Shown one piece after another: positions 25,323-38,033 of a stretch of DNA of 62,747 nucleotides. Origin of the DNA: Proteromonas lacertae (Eukaryota); NCBI GenBank assembly GCA_002245135.1, contig NGBS01000907.1, forward strand, positions 1 through 62,747, written 5' to 3'. The translations under genes were made by a program, and so were the position numbers. Each line of letters starts with the position of its first letter. Positions within the stretch are counted from its first letter, which is position 1. The notes below the pieces were generated by a model. That model did no database searches and was not told the origin of the DNA. It saw only the letters and a list, made by a program, of their open reading frames with translations.

Positions 25323-26176
25323 ATGTCAGACGGCACGCAAGAGGATTCAAAACATCCTAAAATGACAAAGAAGGTATGATATATATTTTACAATATATTA
25401 GGAGGAGATTATAAAGAAAAATGATGAATATTTGGAGTTACATCCAGAAGTAAGAATAATAATGAGAGATTTCCTTGATTCAGTACTTCATGACAAACCT
25501 GATAGAATGTACTCATATTGCAAAACCTTTTTCAAAGATTATTTACAACCAAAAAGAGGTATTGTAATTTGTGGTCCATCTGGTGTTGGAAAAGGTACTA
25601 TTATAAAGCAATTATTTAAAGAGATGCCAAGTTGTTTAGGATTTTCAGTAAGTCACACTACTCGTGATCCAAGACCTGGTGAAGTGAATGGTAAAGATTA
25701 TAACTTTGTAACTAGAGATGAATTCCAGAAATTAATAGAGGAAGATAAATTTATTGAACATACAGAATATAATGGCAATTGTTATGGTACAAGCATAATG
25801 AGCTATGAGAATGTTGCAGAATCAGGTAAAATATGTGTAATAGAAATTGAGATTGAAGGAGCTAAGAATTTGAAACAATCCGATAAATTTAAAATCCCTC
25901 CATACTTCGTATTCATTTCTCCACCAACTGATGAAGAGTTAGAAAAGAGACTTCGCGGTAGAGGAACAGAAGAAGAGGATGTTATTCAAGGAAGGTTAGA
26001 AAGAGCAAAAGAAGAAATAAAATATGGTGAAACTCACGGTAACTTTGATTATGTATTTATATTTATAAAATAATATAATTCGTATATAGAATTTGATTAA
26101 TGTTGATATTGATTCAAGTGTTGAGAGATTAAAGAAACAGATATATGAATGGTTCCCTGAAACAATGAGAAGATAA
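25323..26176 (+). CDS. GUK1: Guanylate kinase with an N-terminal RIIa/Dpy-30-like docking helix pair
   Basis: GPSGVGKGT, SHTTRDPRPGE, YGTS, LEKRLRGRGTE; introns 25374-25401 and ~26053-26089. Confidence 0.92.
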
Positions 26177-26269
26177 ATACTTTATACTTTGTCTATTATT
26201 AAATTTATTTCATAATTAAAATGTATTTTTTCAAAATAAATATTAATAGAAACGAATATATTTTTATAA

Positions 26270-27220
26270 ATGTCTTTATTCACGAAAGACAATGTCAACA
26301 TATATTTTAATACCGTTATTAGTATTGTAGATAATAAAAATAAGGATAAATTAGAAGAAACAATCAATATTTTGAATAGCATTTATAAATCAATATTTCA
26401 AGAAGAAATGAAAGTTGATTCTGATTTACATGATGTAAATATGAAAGTAATAATTGCTCAGAATATTTTTATATAGAATCCTATTGAACTTGTAACATTT
26501 GATATAGATGGAACGATTTGGGATACTAATATTGTATTATTACACGCAAAACATGAAATGTACAATTACTTGATAAAATTATATCCAAAAATACAAAATT
26601 GTTATTCAACTTCAGAAATCTTTGAAAGAGGGATGCTAGAATATAGAAAAACTGACTTACAGAAGTTGATGCATTTTTACACACTAAGAAAAGAGTTTTT
26701 GAAATATGTGTTGAAAGAAACTGGATATGATAGTATAATCACTGAAGAAGTGATAAATGATATAATGAATGTATATTTAACAGCAAGACATGAGATAGAA
26801 CAATATTATCCGATGGTGTTTGAAACTATATCAGTTCTTCATAATATGAACATTAAAACTGGAGTTATAACAAATGGAACAACTGATATAAGTAGAATTC
26901 CTGAATTAAATAAAGTGATGATGTTTGATGTAAAAGGTCAAGAAGTAAATTCGTGTAAGCCTGATGTTAAGATGTTTGAATTAGCAATGAAGAAAGCTGA
27001 TGTGAATAATCCTAAACTATGTATTCATATTGGTGATTGTTATGAAGAAGATATAGTTGGTGCTATGAATAGTGGATTTCACAGTGTTTGGATCTCAAAT
27101 TTTGATTTAACTCCTTCATTAGATGATGGTACTGTTGATATACCTTCTTTTATGTATGTTTTACCTTCAATATTGTATATTATGATTAATTCTTTGTTGT
27201 ATTATTTTTTGTTTCAGTGA
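26270..27220 (+). CDS. HAD-superfamily hydrolase (HAD-IA)
   Basis: FDIDGT after an intron at ~26447-26476, ITNG, KP, HIGD...DIVGA. The 3' end is uncertain. Confidence 0.85.
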
Positions 27221-27293
27221 AAATACAAAATACATCTCAATACATAATTAATACACAATAATACATTTTTGATTTTCATTTTTATTTTTTACC

Positions 27294-27941
27294 ATGCAAG
27301 CTAAGAGTTTAGATGATTATATTGCTTCACAAAAGTCAAGCAGACCAAATAGAGGTAGAGGAGGCAAAGCTCCAGTATTTTCTCAAAGAAAAAGAAGTCC
27401 TTACGAAAAGAGAGTATTATGTGTTTATTCTATTTATTTTATTTTAGTCTTTTAACTCCAATAAATATGATAATAGAAGGGAAGTAGCATTTAATGTAAA
27501 GAGAGATATTGCACCAACTGCTTCTAGAAGAAATCTATCTATTATGAGTAGTATATATTTCATTTTATTATTTATCTATTTAGATACTTCACCAATTAAA
27601 CCACCAATCTCAATTTGTATGGTCATTTATCAACTAATATGAAAATAGCATCAGTAAGAAAAGATATATCATCTACATTATTAGTAAGAAATATCGAAGG
27701 TGGAATTAATGAAGAAGATTTAAACGAATTATTTGGAGCTGTTGGAGATATAAAGACTTTAACATTATTTTATAATAGAGAAGGCAGAAGTGAAGTATTG
27801 TAATTATCATTATTTATGATATAGGGAACAGCATTAGTTGAATATATGAATAGTAAAGATGCTACTAAAGCTATAGATGAATATGACAATAGAGAATTGG
27901 ATGGTCAAATTTTGAGTGTTGTTGCTGTTTCAGATTTGTAA
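27294..27941 (+). CDS. RRM protein, ALY/REF (THOC4)-like
   Basis: N-terminal KSLDDYI and RGRGG; RRM LLVRNIE...LNELFGAVG...YNREGRSE/GTALVEY...AIDEYDNRELDG. Confidence 0.72.
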
Positions 27942-28127
27942 GTAATCCAACTTTTTTAAAATGAAATAAAAATATAGATAATAAAATAATAAATATAGTC
28001 ATGAATGAAAAGCAAATATTATTATTGTAGTAATTATGATTTTATAATGTTGTATGTTGAATTTGAAAGAATAAAAATCAAGCTTTTAGGTTTGAAGGGT
28101 GATTTGATTTATTATTTTTTCATTTTA

Positions 28128-28750
28128 ATGACTTATAGAGAAACAAAATATAATTTTTATAGTTTCTATGTACCACCCTATACCAAAGCCTGCGATGTGA
28201 AGAGATGCAATTGCCCTGCATCTAGTTCTTGTGGAATTAATTGTGAGAATAGGAAGAATAGAAGAGAATGTGTAATAGGATATTGTATATTCTTGTGTTG
28301 ATACATAATAGGCAGTGAAAAATGTACTAACAACAAAATACAAAGAGGTGTTTACCCAAGGACAGAATCCAGACAAGTATGTTATTTACCATATCTAGTG
28401 AGCATATAGACTAATTCTAGAGGAAGAGGTTTATGTTTATACAAAGATGTTAAAGCAGGAGATTTTATTTGTGAATATGTAGGTGAAATAATAGACGATT
28501 TCGAATTAGAAGTAAGAATATTAAACACTCGAGCAGACGATTTTTACCATCAGCAATTGAAGAATGGATGTTGGATAGATGCAAGAAATATAGGTAATGT
28601 ATCAAGATATATAAATCACAGTTGCAGTCCAAATTGTGAGTTTCAAACTTGGTCTGTTGGTAACGAATGCAGATTAGTGGTAGTTGCATTGAAGGATATG
28701 AAAGAAGGAGTTGAAATTACTGTTGATTATAATTGGCTTCCAATTGGAAA

Positions 28751-28789
<39 letters not shown>

Positions 28790-31700
28790 TTGTGTTCAGA
28801 AATGTAATTGTAATTCTGATAATTGTCGTAAGTATATAATATCTCCAAAATATCTACCAAATATTGATAAATATTATATTTGGAATTCACATGAAGATAA
28901 TCAAAGAAATTTTGTATATTATTATTATTATTATTTATATATTAAATAGATACCTAATGAAAATTCAGTAACAATTCACAATATATCATATGATTCTACT
29001 CCTGAAGAGTTATTTCAACATTTACCAAACACTCAAGATATATCGTGTTATAAAGTATTGAAAGTTGATAATAAATATATGGCAGTAGTAATATATAAGA
29101 ATAGAAACGTATATATTATTATTTATATTTATATAGTCTGCTGATTCAGCTATTACTCAATTGAACTATAAAAAGATTCGTAATCGAAATGTCAAAGTTC
29201 AAATCTCCAATTTTATTGATTATGCCGATTTATACTATGGTTTACATCAAAAGAGAATGGAAAAAGTAGCTCAATATAAACGTAACAATCGATTAGCGAG
29301 ATTTATAGATCCAACAAGATCAATTGAACCATTGGAATGCTTAGAGGCTTATAATTGGAAGAAAATGAATATTGACAAGATATTGGAGATGATGAAGAAA
29401 ACACCATTATTAGTAGAAAGAGAAAAAGGAAAAGGAAAAGAGGAGAAAGAAGTAACTGCAGTGAAAGAAGAAGATGATAATAAAGAAAAAGATAAACCAA
29501 AGATTGAAGAAATAAAGAAAGAAGATGATGAAAAAGAAATAATCAAAGAGAATAATGAAGAAAAGAAAGAAAAAGAAGAGCTTGCAAAAAAAGATAATGA
29601 TAAAAAAGTAGAAATAAAGAAAGAAATAGAAACAGTAAAAGTAAAAGAAGAAGAAGAAGAAGAAGAAGTAAAAAAGAAGAAAGAATTAATAAATGTCATA
29701 AGAATAACAGAAAAATATAAGTCCAAACTACCAGTCATTCCAACATTACCATTTCAATATGAGAAATTAGATACAACGCTATTAAGTACATTAAAAATCA
29801 ATTATGATGTAAATAACAAGAATATTAATGAAAGTTTAGATAAATCATTGAAAATGAGAACTGATTCAGATGGTGCAAAAGATATGTTTTATAAAGTATT
29901 GTTGAATAATAAAAGTGATATGAATAAATATATTGTTACACTGTGTCATGTATAAATATATATAATTCTATTTTATCTTTTGCCTTTTTTACTATTTTTA
30001 TATATTTCTTTTTTTTCTTTTCCCATTATTTTTACTTTATTATCTTTTATACATAGTATTGTGAATCAATTGCAAGTAGTAATGCTTCAGGTAAAGCCAA
30101 TATTCTCAAGGTTCTACATCTCATCATGTGTGATACAAAATACGAAAATATCAAACCAATGTTTGAGAAATATCTACCAACTATAATGAACTATTTATCA
30201 TTTGGTACAGCAGAGTTATGTTCTGCACTTTCAAATACTATTTCAAGATGGAATAATAAAGGAATTATTGATAATAAAATGGTGAAAGATCTGAATGAAG
30301 CAATTGCAACACTTGAAAAGTACAGAATAAAGGATGATGTAGTTGGAGTGACATTAAACTATCCAGAAATGACTGTGGAAAATATATATCCATTCACTTG
30401 GACAATATATTCAATATATCCAGATACAAGTATATATATATTTTATATGATTATGCTTTATTTATATTTATTTATATTATAGTAATTATAACATTTCAAT
30501 TATTAACATCACTTCTACTAAAGGTTCCATTCAATAGAAAAACTATTGTAACTGCTCATATTCTATTATCTATTTATTCACCATATATTGAGATATCTTA
30601 TATTCCATATATTACCATTGCAATTGCGTTATTAGCAGCTAAATTGACAGATTGTCCAAAGTCTTTAAGAACTGTATATAAATATAAATATATATATATT
30701 ATAATATTTTTTTTAAATAGTTAACTCAAATTTTCAATGATTTAGACAATACTCCATCACTCTTCAAGATCTTTATTGATGAATTCAAAATCAATTATGA
30801 AAAGGCAAAATCTACATTAACACTTCCAAATGGCAATAATAATAATCATAACAATAGAACAACAACAACACCAGTTCATCCTGTATTTCAAAAGATAATA
30901 GAATATGAATTAGAACTGTTAAAAATGTTCGATTTTGATATTAATATAACTTACCCACATCAATTTTTACAGAATCTTTCCAGTAAGTGGAAAATTACAG
31001 ATTCTGACAGAATAAAATCAATGATTAAAGAAACTACTAGAATATTAGATTTTATAATGTATTTACCTGTTAGTGTATTGATTGACCATGAAGTATTATG
31101 TAAATGTGCAATGAATATTGTATCTGAAAGAAAAGGAATAGAAATACCATTTAATGATATTGATAAGTTCTTAATTAGATGTATTAAAGAATTGGCTAAT
31201 AGTCCTGATAAACTGATTAATTTGGCAAATGAAAAGAAATATACTGATTTATATCTTTTTTTAATTATTTTTGTTAAGAATATTCTTTAATTTTTGATTT
31301 CTTTTTTTTACAAAAGAAGAAGCTGAGAAATTACCAGAATATTCTCCACTCAAATCACACAAAGAGATAATTGACTTATATAAATTAGAAACAAAAGCAA
31401 TCAAGGAGAATTATGATAGAATGATTAAAGAATCGTATATATATATTAATCATTATCATATTAAATAGTATAAATCAATCAATGTTGAATAACAATAATT
31501 ACACAATTGCAACACGTTATACACCTCCAACAATCCCTTACAGAGAATCTCGTTATAATAATTCATTCGTTTCATCATATCAAAATAGATATTCAACTCC
31601 ACCACAAACATCCAATAGATTTCCAAATAATAAAACCCCCAGAATTTCCCATCCCCTTAATGAAATGCAAAGAAGTAATAGTAACAATAACAATAATAAC

Positions 31701-32117
31701 AATAGTAGTAGTAGCAGTTATTATAATAAAAGTAGAAATTATCAAAGTTACAACAATTCCAATTCCAATACTTCAACATCATCATCATCTTCATTAACCA
31801 ATACTCCTTCTAAACGACATCGATATGATTCAGATGGAAATGATAGTTATTATCACCATAGTAGAGATAATAAGAGATCTTTATCTTCACATAGACATGG
31901 TGGTTATCATAATGGTAATGATAATAGTGATAATGAAAGTTATCATAGTAGAAATAATCATCATCATTATGAGAGAGATTATAGAAATAGCGGAAGTAGA
32001 GATTCTTATAAACGAAGTAGAAGTCCAAATTATGATAGAAATAATAATAATAGTAGGAGTAATGATGAAACTCCATTTAAAAGATCGAAAAGTGAGAAAG
32101 AAGATGGTGAGATTTAA
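28128..32117 (+). CDS. Multidomain protein: AWS-SET-postSET (Set2/ASH1-like) + RRM + CID-like + cyclin K/T/L-like box + R/S-rich tail
   Basis: GDFICEYVGE, RYINHSCSPNC, EITVDY, CNCNSDNCRK; an RRM; LAAKLTDCPKSLR and ELELLKMFDFDINITYPH cyclin motifs. Manual splicing keeps one frame from ATG 28128 to TAA 32117. Confidence 0.75.
31251..31311 (+). other. Putative U12-type (minor spliceosome) intron, AT-AC termini
   Basis: 5' ATATCTTTT, branch-like TTCTTTAAT at 31283-31291, 3' ...TTTAC. Removal gives GAT TT|A AAA GAA GAA GCT, in frame with the downstream exons. Confidence 0.85.
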
Positions 32118-32401
32118 TAATTAAAAAAAAAAAAATACTAATTCTAATTCACGAAAATAATACTTTTTGAGAATGTTTTAATATTCTCTTTCTATATTAT
32201 AATAATTTTCTTAAATAAAAAGTATTATATATTAATTCTGTATGTTGATTAAGTAAATTAATAGATATAAGTAGTTAGATATTTATAATATGTTTGTATG
32301 AGTTTGGGAACAAAAACAAATATATACAATATATATTCTAAAATCATTACACATTCAGTAGAATTTAAATAATTTTAAATCTTTCATTCTACAATATACA
32401 T

Positions 32402-32819
32402 TCATATTAAATATACAATTAAATCAGATTCTTTAATGCCCAACACCTTCATTGCTTTTCTTCTCACAACCATTCCTTCTGTAACACCTAAGATTTTCAA
32501 AGCTTTCTGTGATTTTGCATATTTCTTTTTAAAAAGTTGAGTTGAATTTCGATCATAATCATCTATACAATAGTTATTAATAAAAGGCTATACGTGTGAT
32601 GAAATATTTATATTGATCATATGTGATTCCAATTACGTTTAATGCCTTAGTTAAATTAAATGCTTCAGATGTTATCCCTAAAACATCAAAAGCCTAAGAA
32701 CATATTTCACAAAAAAATACTTTTCGAGATTCTAAGGTCCTCTTCCTTTTGTTAACAAACTTTTCTATTACGTAAATATAACTAGGATGTCTAGATGCTA
32801 GTATGTGTTCTGAATTCAT
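32402..32819 (-). CDS. Small hypothetical protein, three exons
   Basis: MNSEHIL...ESRK/AFDVLGIT.../...ALKILGVT...AMKVLGIK... with two GT-AG introns and a repeated A..(V/I)LG(I/V) motif. Confidence 0.55.
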
Positions 32820-32870
32820 ATGTAACGATGAAGAAAAGTTTGTGAAAAGTTTGATTCTCTTTTTTTGAAA

Positions 32871-34498
32871 ATGGAATCTCAACAACCAGTGGAATTATTT
32901 TGCTTTCGTATATTCTGTAAATTAGTAACACCAATAATTGTCAATAAGAAATATATAGCAGTATAAATAATTACTTCAATACACTTTGATCATATAGAAA
33001 TTACATTTGGCATTTAAATTATTGAATTTTCAATGTATATTACTATCTTCAATTGGAAATGATGAAGAAGAGAATATAATATTCAAAAAAGGCAAATCTT
33101 GCTTGTTTTCTTACATAAGACAGAATTTAATAGTATATTGTATCTGCCTTATCAATTTATAAATAGGAAGATATGACTCAAATACCATTATACATTTTAT
33201 TACTCTCAATTAACGAAAAGAAAGAGTGTGTGGTGCTAGGAAGTGTATCAATTGATATAAGTCATTTATTAGTTCAAATTAATGAAAATCACAACAAATA
33301 TATCCATCTAACACCTTATATCTATGATTTAGTTGGAAATAAAATCACCACATTAGATTTTTTTATCAGTTTAAATTGTTTTGGAAATATAATCAATCCA
33401 CATCTAATAAATGAAGAATCTGCTGCTATTGAAAGAGAAAAACTTAAATCATTTGTAAATATAAAAGAATCTTCACTTAAAGAACAATCACAAAATAATG
33501 AAGAAAATGAAAATTCTCTATCATCATCACCTCCATTACATCCAATAATAAACGAAGATGAAAATGATATTTATGGAATAGATGTAAACCCAGAGAATAA
33601 ACCACCTTATACACCTGATCACTTAATAATCAAAGATATTAGCAATAATTTAAACATCAATGAAATACCACAATATAAAATACAATCAACTATTGGCCAA
33701 TCTGAATTATTAGTTCCTCCATCGAATAAAAGAAAGAATGAATTTAAACCAGCTGATATTAGTAATAATAATGAAGATAATTCCTTGTTTGTAGGAAAAT
33801 GTTATTATTTCAGACATGAAGATGAAGAAGAAAAGAAGGAGAATTTGAAGAATAAAAACAAAACAAATAAACCAATAAAAACACAACCTAATATAATTAA
33901 ACAACAGCAAACAGAGAAACTAAAGCCAGAGATGCGTATGAATATAATAAATAATAGTCATAAATTATCAACTCAAGTATTTTCAACACATACCAAACAT
34001 GAAGGAATAAAAGATCCTGTAAATGAATATCCAGATATTGATTTAGACACTGAATTTATGAATTCTAATTATAATACGCCAGTACAACAAAGAGTGGTTA
34101 AAGAAAGCTTTAGAAACAAGAGGAGTGATAGAGATTCAAAAAGAAAGCCATTATATCAACCTAAGACTTATTATAAAGAACCAGATTTAAGAACTCCACC
34201 AGATAAAACACATTTAATATCTGAAAAGAGAAATAAAAATATTATTCAGTCAAATGATCCAAGATTGAGAGATGATAGTAGCAGTTCATTTGGCTCATTA
34301 GAAGCTACAGAGATTAGAAGGTTACAACCACAAAAACCTGTCATAACAAGTAGATTAGTTACAACCACAGATGCTACTCAAACAACACCTCCTAACACAG
34401 AAAAAACAATTAAGCCATATATTCAACCAAAAGATCCAACAAAATCTAGAAAAGAACAACTTTTGTCTGTTTGGAATAGTGGGATGAAGAGAAAATAA
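32871..34498 (+). CDS. MAP10/KIAA1383-like N-terminal C2-type domain protein
   Basis: Spliced N-terminus LAFKLLNFQ...FKKGKSCLF...IPLYILL resembles MAP10; disordered C-terminus. Confidence 0.6.
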
Positions 34499-34645
34499 TT
34501 TATATTCTGTAGAATTTAAAAGCACATTTGTTTCTTCGTGTATTGGGTTATATAATGCTCTATTGATCCCATCTAACTGTGTGAGAGATAAATTAAAAAA
34601 ATTTCGGTTATTCCAAAATTACATTCTTTTATTCTGTTATATGTC

Positions 34646-37600
34646 ATGCTAATAGCAAAATTATTTTTTATTTATTTTATTGTGTCTTGTATATTAGTAC
34701 CCAAAGTTTTAACCATTAATATTCCAATTTTGGTGCTAACGCTAAACAAATTAAGTGATGTTACAGTTATTAATGATGTTTTTGCATATAACTCTTCGTC
34801 ATTATTCAATTATAATATAATTACTAGTTCATTCAACAGTTCGTGTATAATAAGTGATGATGTACTTCAGAGTGATCTTCAGACAGTTATAGTGTATGAC
34901 AGAAATAGATGCATGGACAAGTTTATCAAAGATTACAGTCATTTGACCTTTGTATACCCTCACAGCTATATACCGAAAGAAAAAGGTACTTGTCCAAAGA
35001 ATTTGTTGACTGGAGTGTCAGTATATGAAAAAGCATATTTTTCTATGATGAATATTGATGGTGACTTTGTCGTTGTTGAGTATATAGACAAATACGAATC
35101 AGAAGTATTTTATAAGACATATCTTCATTATAAACCATACCAATTCAAGTCTTTACGTTATAGAGGTACTTATTTCTTTGACCAGTATAGTTCAGCAGAT
35201 GAATTAGTTAAAGTGATAGTCAGAGATATACTTAAGATAAATGTGATTTATCTATTTATAGATCAAGAAGATACAATCAAATTTGTGGATCTAGCAAAGT
35301 CAAAACTGTCATTTACAAAATTAATTTCAATTGGTATAGGAATTAAGAATGCACCAGTAAATGTGAAGAATTTTTACTTCCTCAGCAATAAAAAAACAGT
35401 CATTGAAAGTGAAACCGATAGCTTGCTAAAAGCACAGTTAATTAAGTGGAAAAGTATAGTGGAAGATTCATTCAGTTATAATTCACAGTTAATACTGTCC
35501 AAAATGGCAGGTGCAGTAATAGGCAATGTTACAGAGAATGATGATGATGAAAATGATGATGATAGATATGAAATAACCAACATGTTCACAACACGTTGTA
35601 CCATATATTTATTAAGAAAAATAAGTGATGATAAAATAGAAGTAATTCACACTTACTTGCCAAATGCTCCTGAGTTATTCACTATTGCCTATTCACCTCC
35701 TGCTAATTTGAGTAATTTACATATTGATAAAGATAATACTGATAATCTTATTGGTAATATAATAATTGAACAAGATAAAGATAATGATTATGAAGTAGAT
35801 GATAATTACTTTGATATATATGAAACTGATTTAACAATATGCAATTCATATTATCAAGAAGGAGCTACAATTGTTATTGCGTTATATGTTTTTGAAGAAG
35901 TATTTAAAAATGATACATCGATATTTAATGCAATTAGTTATTATAATTCAATAGTATATATATTGTTTATTTATTATATATATATAGACAACTGATAATG
36001 ATTTCATTGAATTATTTACTTACACATTCACTACTTACGAGAATCTACTAACAGTGATAAAATCCAATTTTATTCGTACAATCTTCATTGGAGCAAGTGA
36101 TATAGAATGGGATGATTTATTACCTCAAGCATCGAAGAGAAATCAGTTTATTTATTCACTTTTACCACATATGTCACATATCTGTTTAGAAGATGAAAAT
36201 GTTTTGTATTTATATCCAAATATAGAGATTCAAATACATGCATTGACAGAATATATACATGTATTACCTAATAGATATGGAAATGTTATTTATTTCCTTG
36301 TTGAAAAGTATTTATATATATAATAATAATAATATTTATTTATTTATTTATTTAATTAGTGATATTAATACAATCAAATCAATTATTAATGAATCATATC
36401 TTGACAGATTTTATACCTTTATATATCAAGAAGTTATCACATGTTCAGATATCAGGATGATATTAAATATAATATCTAAAAGAAAAGAAGATGAGGAAGA
36501 TTATTCTATATTCATTTATTTATCACAAGAATGTAGAAAATTCTTCTTTGAGGAATATAGACAAGTAAGAAATGGGAAGAAGTTTAAGAAAAATCCATCA
36601 GTGTTATTGCCATTTGGAATATACTTCAAAGAACAAATTGAATATTATCAAATTGATGTATTTATATATTTATATTTAATTATTATTATTTAATAGTATA
36701 ATGAAACAGCTATTATTGGTCCATTTATTGATTTTAATATTAAGGATATTTATAATGAACTATTTCCACTGTATAATAAAACTGTAAATAAGAATAAAAA
36801 TGATTTTTTGGCATCTTTAGCTGTTTATTATTGGAGGAATGCTGCTATGAAGTGTAATTCAAATTTATATTCTATCTATAAACAGTATTTATAATAAATT
36901 GTGTTAATTATCACTTAATAGATGCTTTTCTTCGATTGAAGTGAATGAATATATTCTTACAATTTACCATACACAAGTCGTACATCGTTTATCAATAGAT
37001 TTTGTATATTTAATTTATTTATAAAATTTATAGCCGTTTTCATCTTATTATGCAACGACTCTATTTCCAGTAATTCCAAAATGGAATAGAACATTGACAG
37101 ACAAATGTGAAGTGTCTTATCCAGAGCCAAAAACAATGTGTTATATATTTCAACTATTTGGAAGTGAAGTACCTGATGTAATTGTATATAAATTCTTTAA
37201 TTCAATAAATTATGGGTACATACCAAATTATGAGTATTTACCAATGCTTAATACATATGGATATAATTGTGAATGGAGTAATATCACATGTTACATTGAA
37301 TCGGTAAATGACTGTATTAATGTCAGAAATGGTGATTATTTAGTAGGTGCAATAACAGATGAAGGAATACAATCATTATACGAAAAAATCCCCAAAATAT
37401 ACAATTTAAAGATATATACAACCTATCCATTATCAATTCATTTTTGTTACAATAATTTGATTAATATTGGATTGACATTAGATCAGATCGTGACTGGATT
37501 AATTAGAATGGTTAATAATAATGATGATAAGTTATGTATAGTTGGTATAAACGATTTATTTACAAATAATTTGATTTTAATGATTGAAGAATTACCTATA

Positions 37601-37995
37601 CAATTTGTAGTTAGAAATATACCAATTATTATAATAGATGATAATATCAGTGAAAGTAATCTTCAAAATGCAGTAAATAGAATCGTAAATGAATGTTCTG
37701 ATTCTAATGTAAAGATATTTTCCACTATAATTGATCCTTTAATGGATAAAGTTTTATTTACTAGTGTAAAACTAGATAGTAGCATAATTCACTTAAGAAC
37801 TATAATACCAATTGTAAGAAACGAATCAAAATCAGCAGTTGGCGTACAAAATTACAATTATTATGTATTTCCACTTTACAGTATTTTGAATAATAATTTA
37901 GCAGGTGTTATGATGGATGCTGTAGAATACTCAGATCCAAAAATTTTCGAAATAGTACCTAGAAATATTGTAATGGATATCTTTACACAATTGTA

Positions 37996-38033
<38 letters not shown>

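Noticed and set aside
28751..28790. (TA)n tracts here and at ~6090 and ~38000; (TTAA)n at ~49150 and ~55745
   Set aside because: Simple microsatellites in introns or AT-rich spacers. No repeat-spacer periodicity, so not CRISPR-like.
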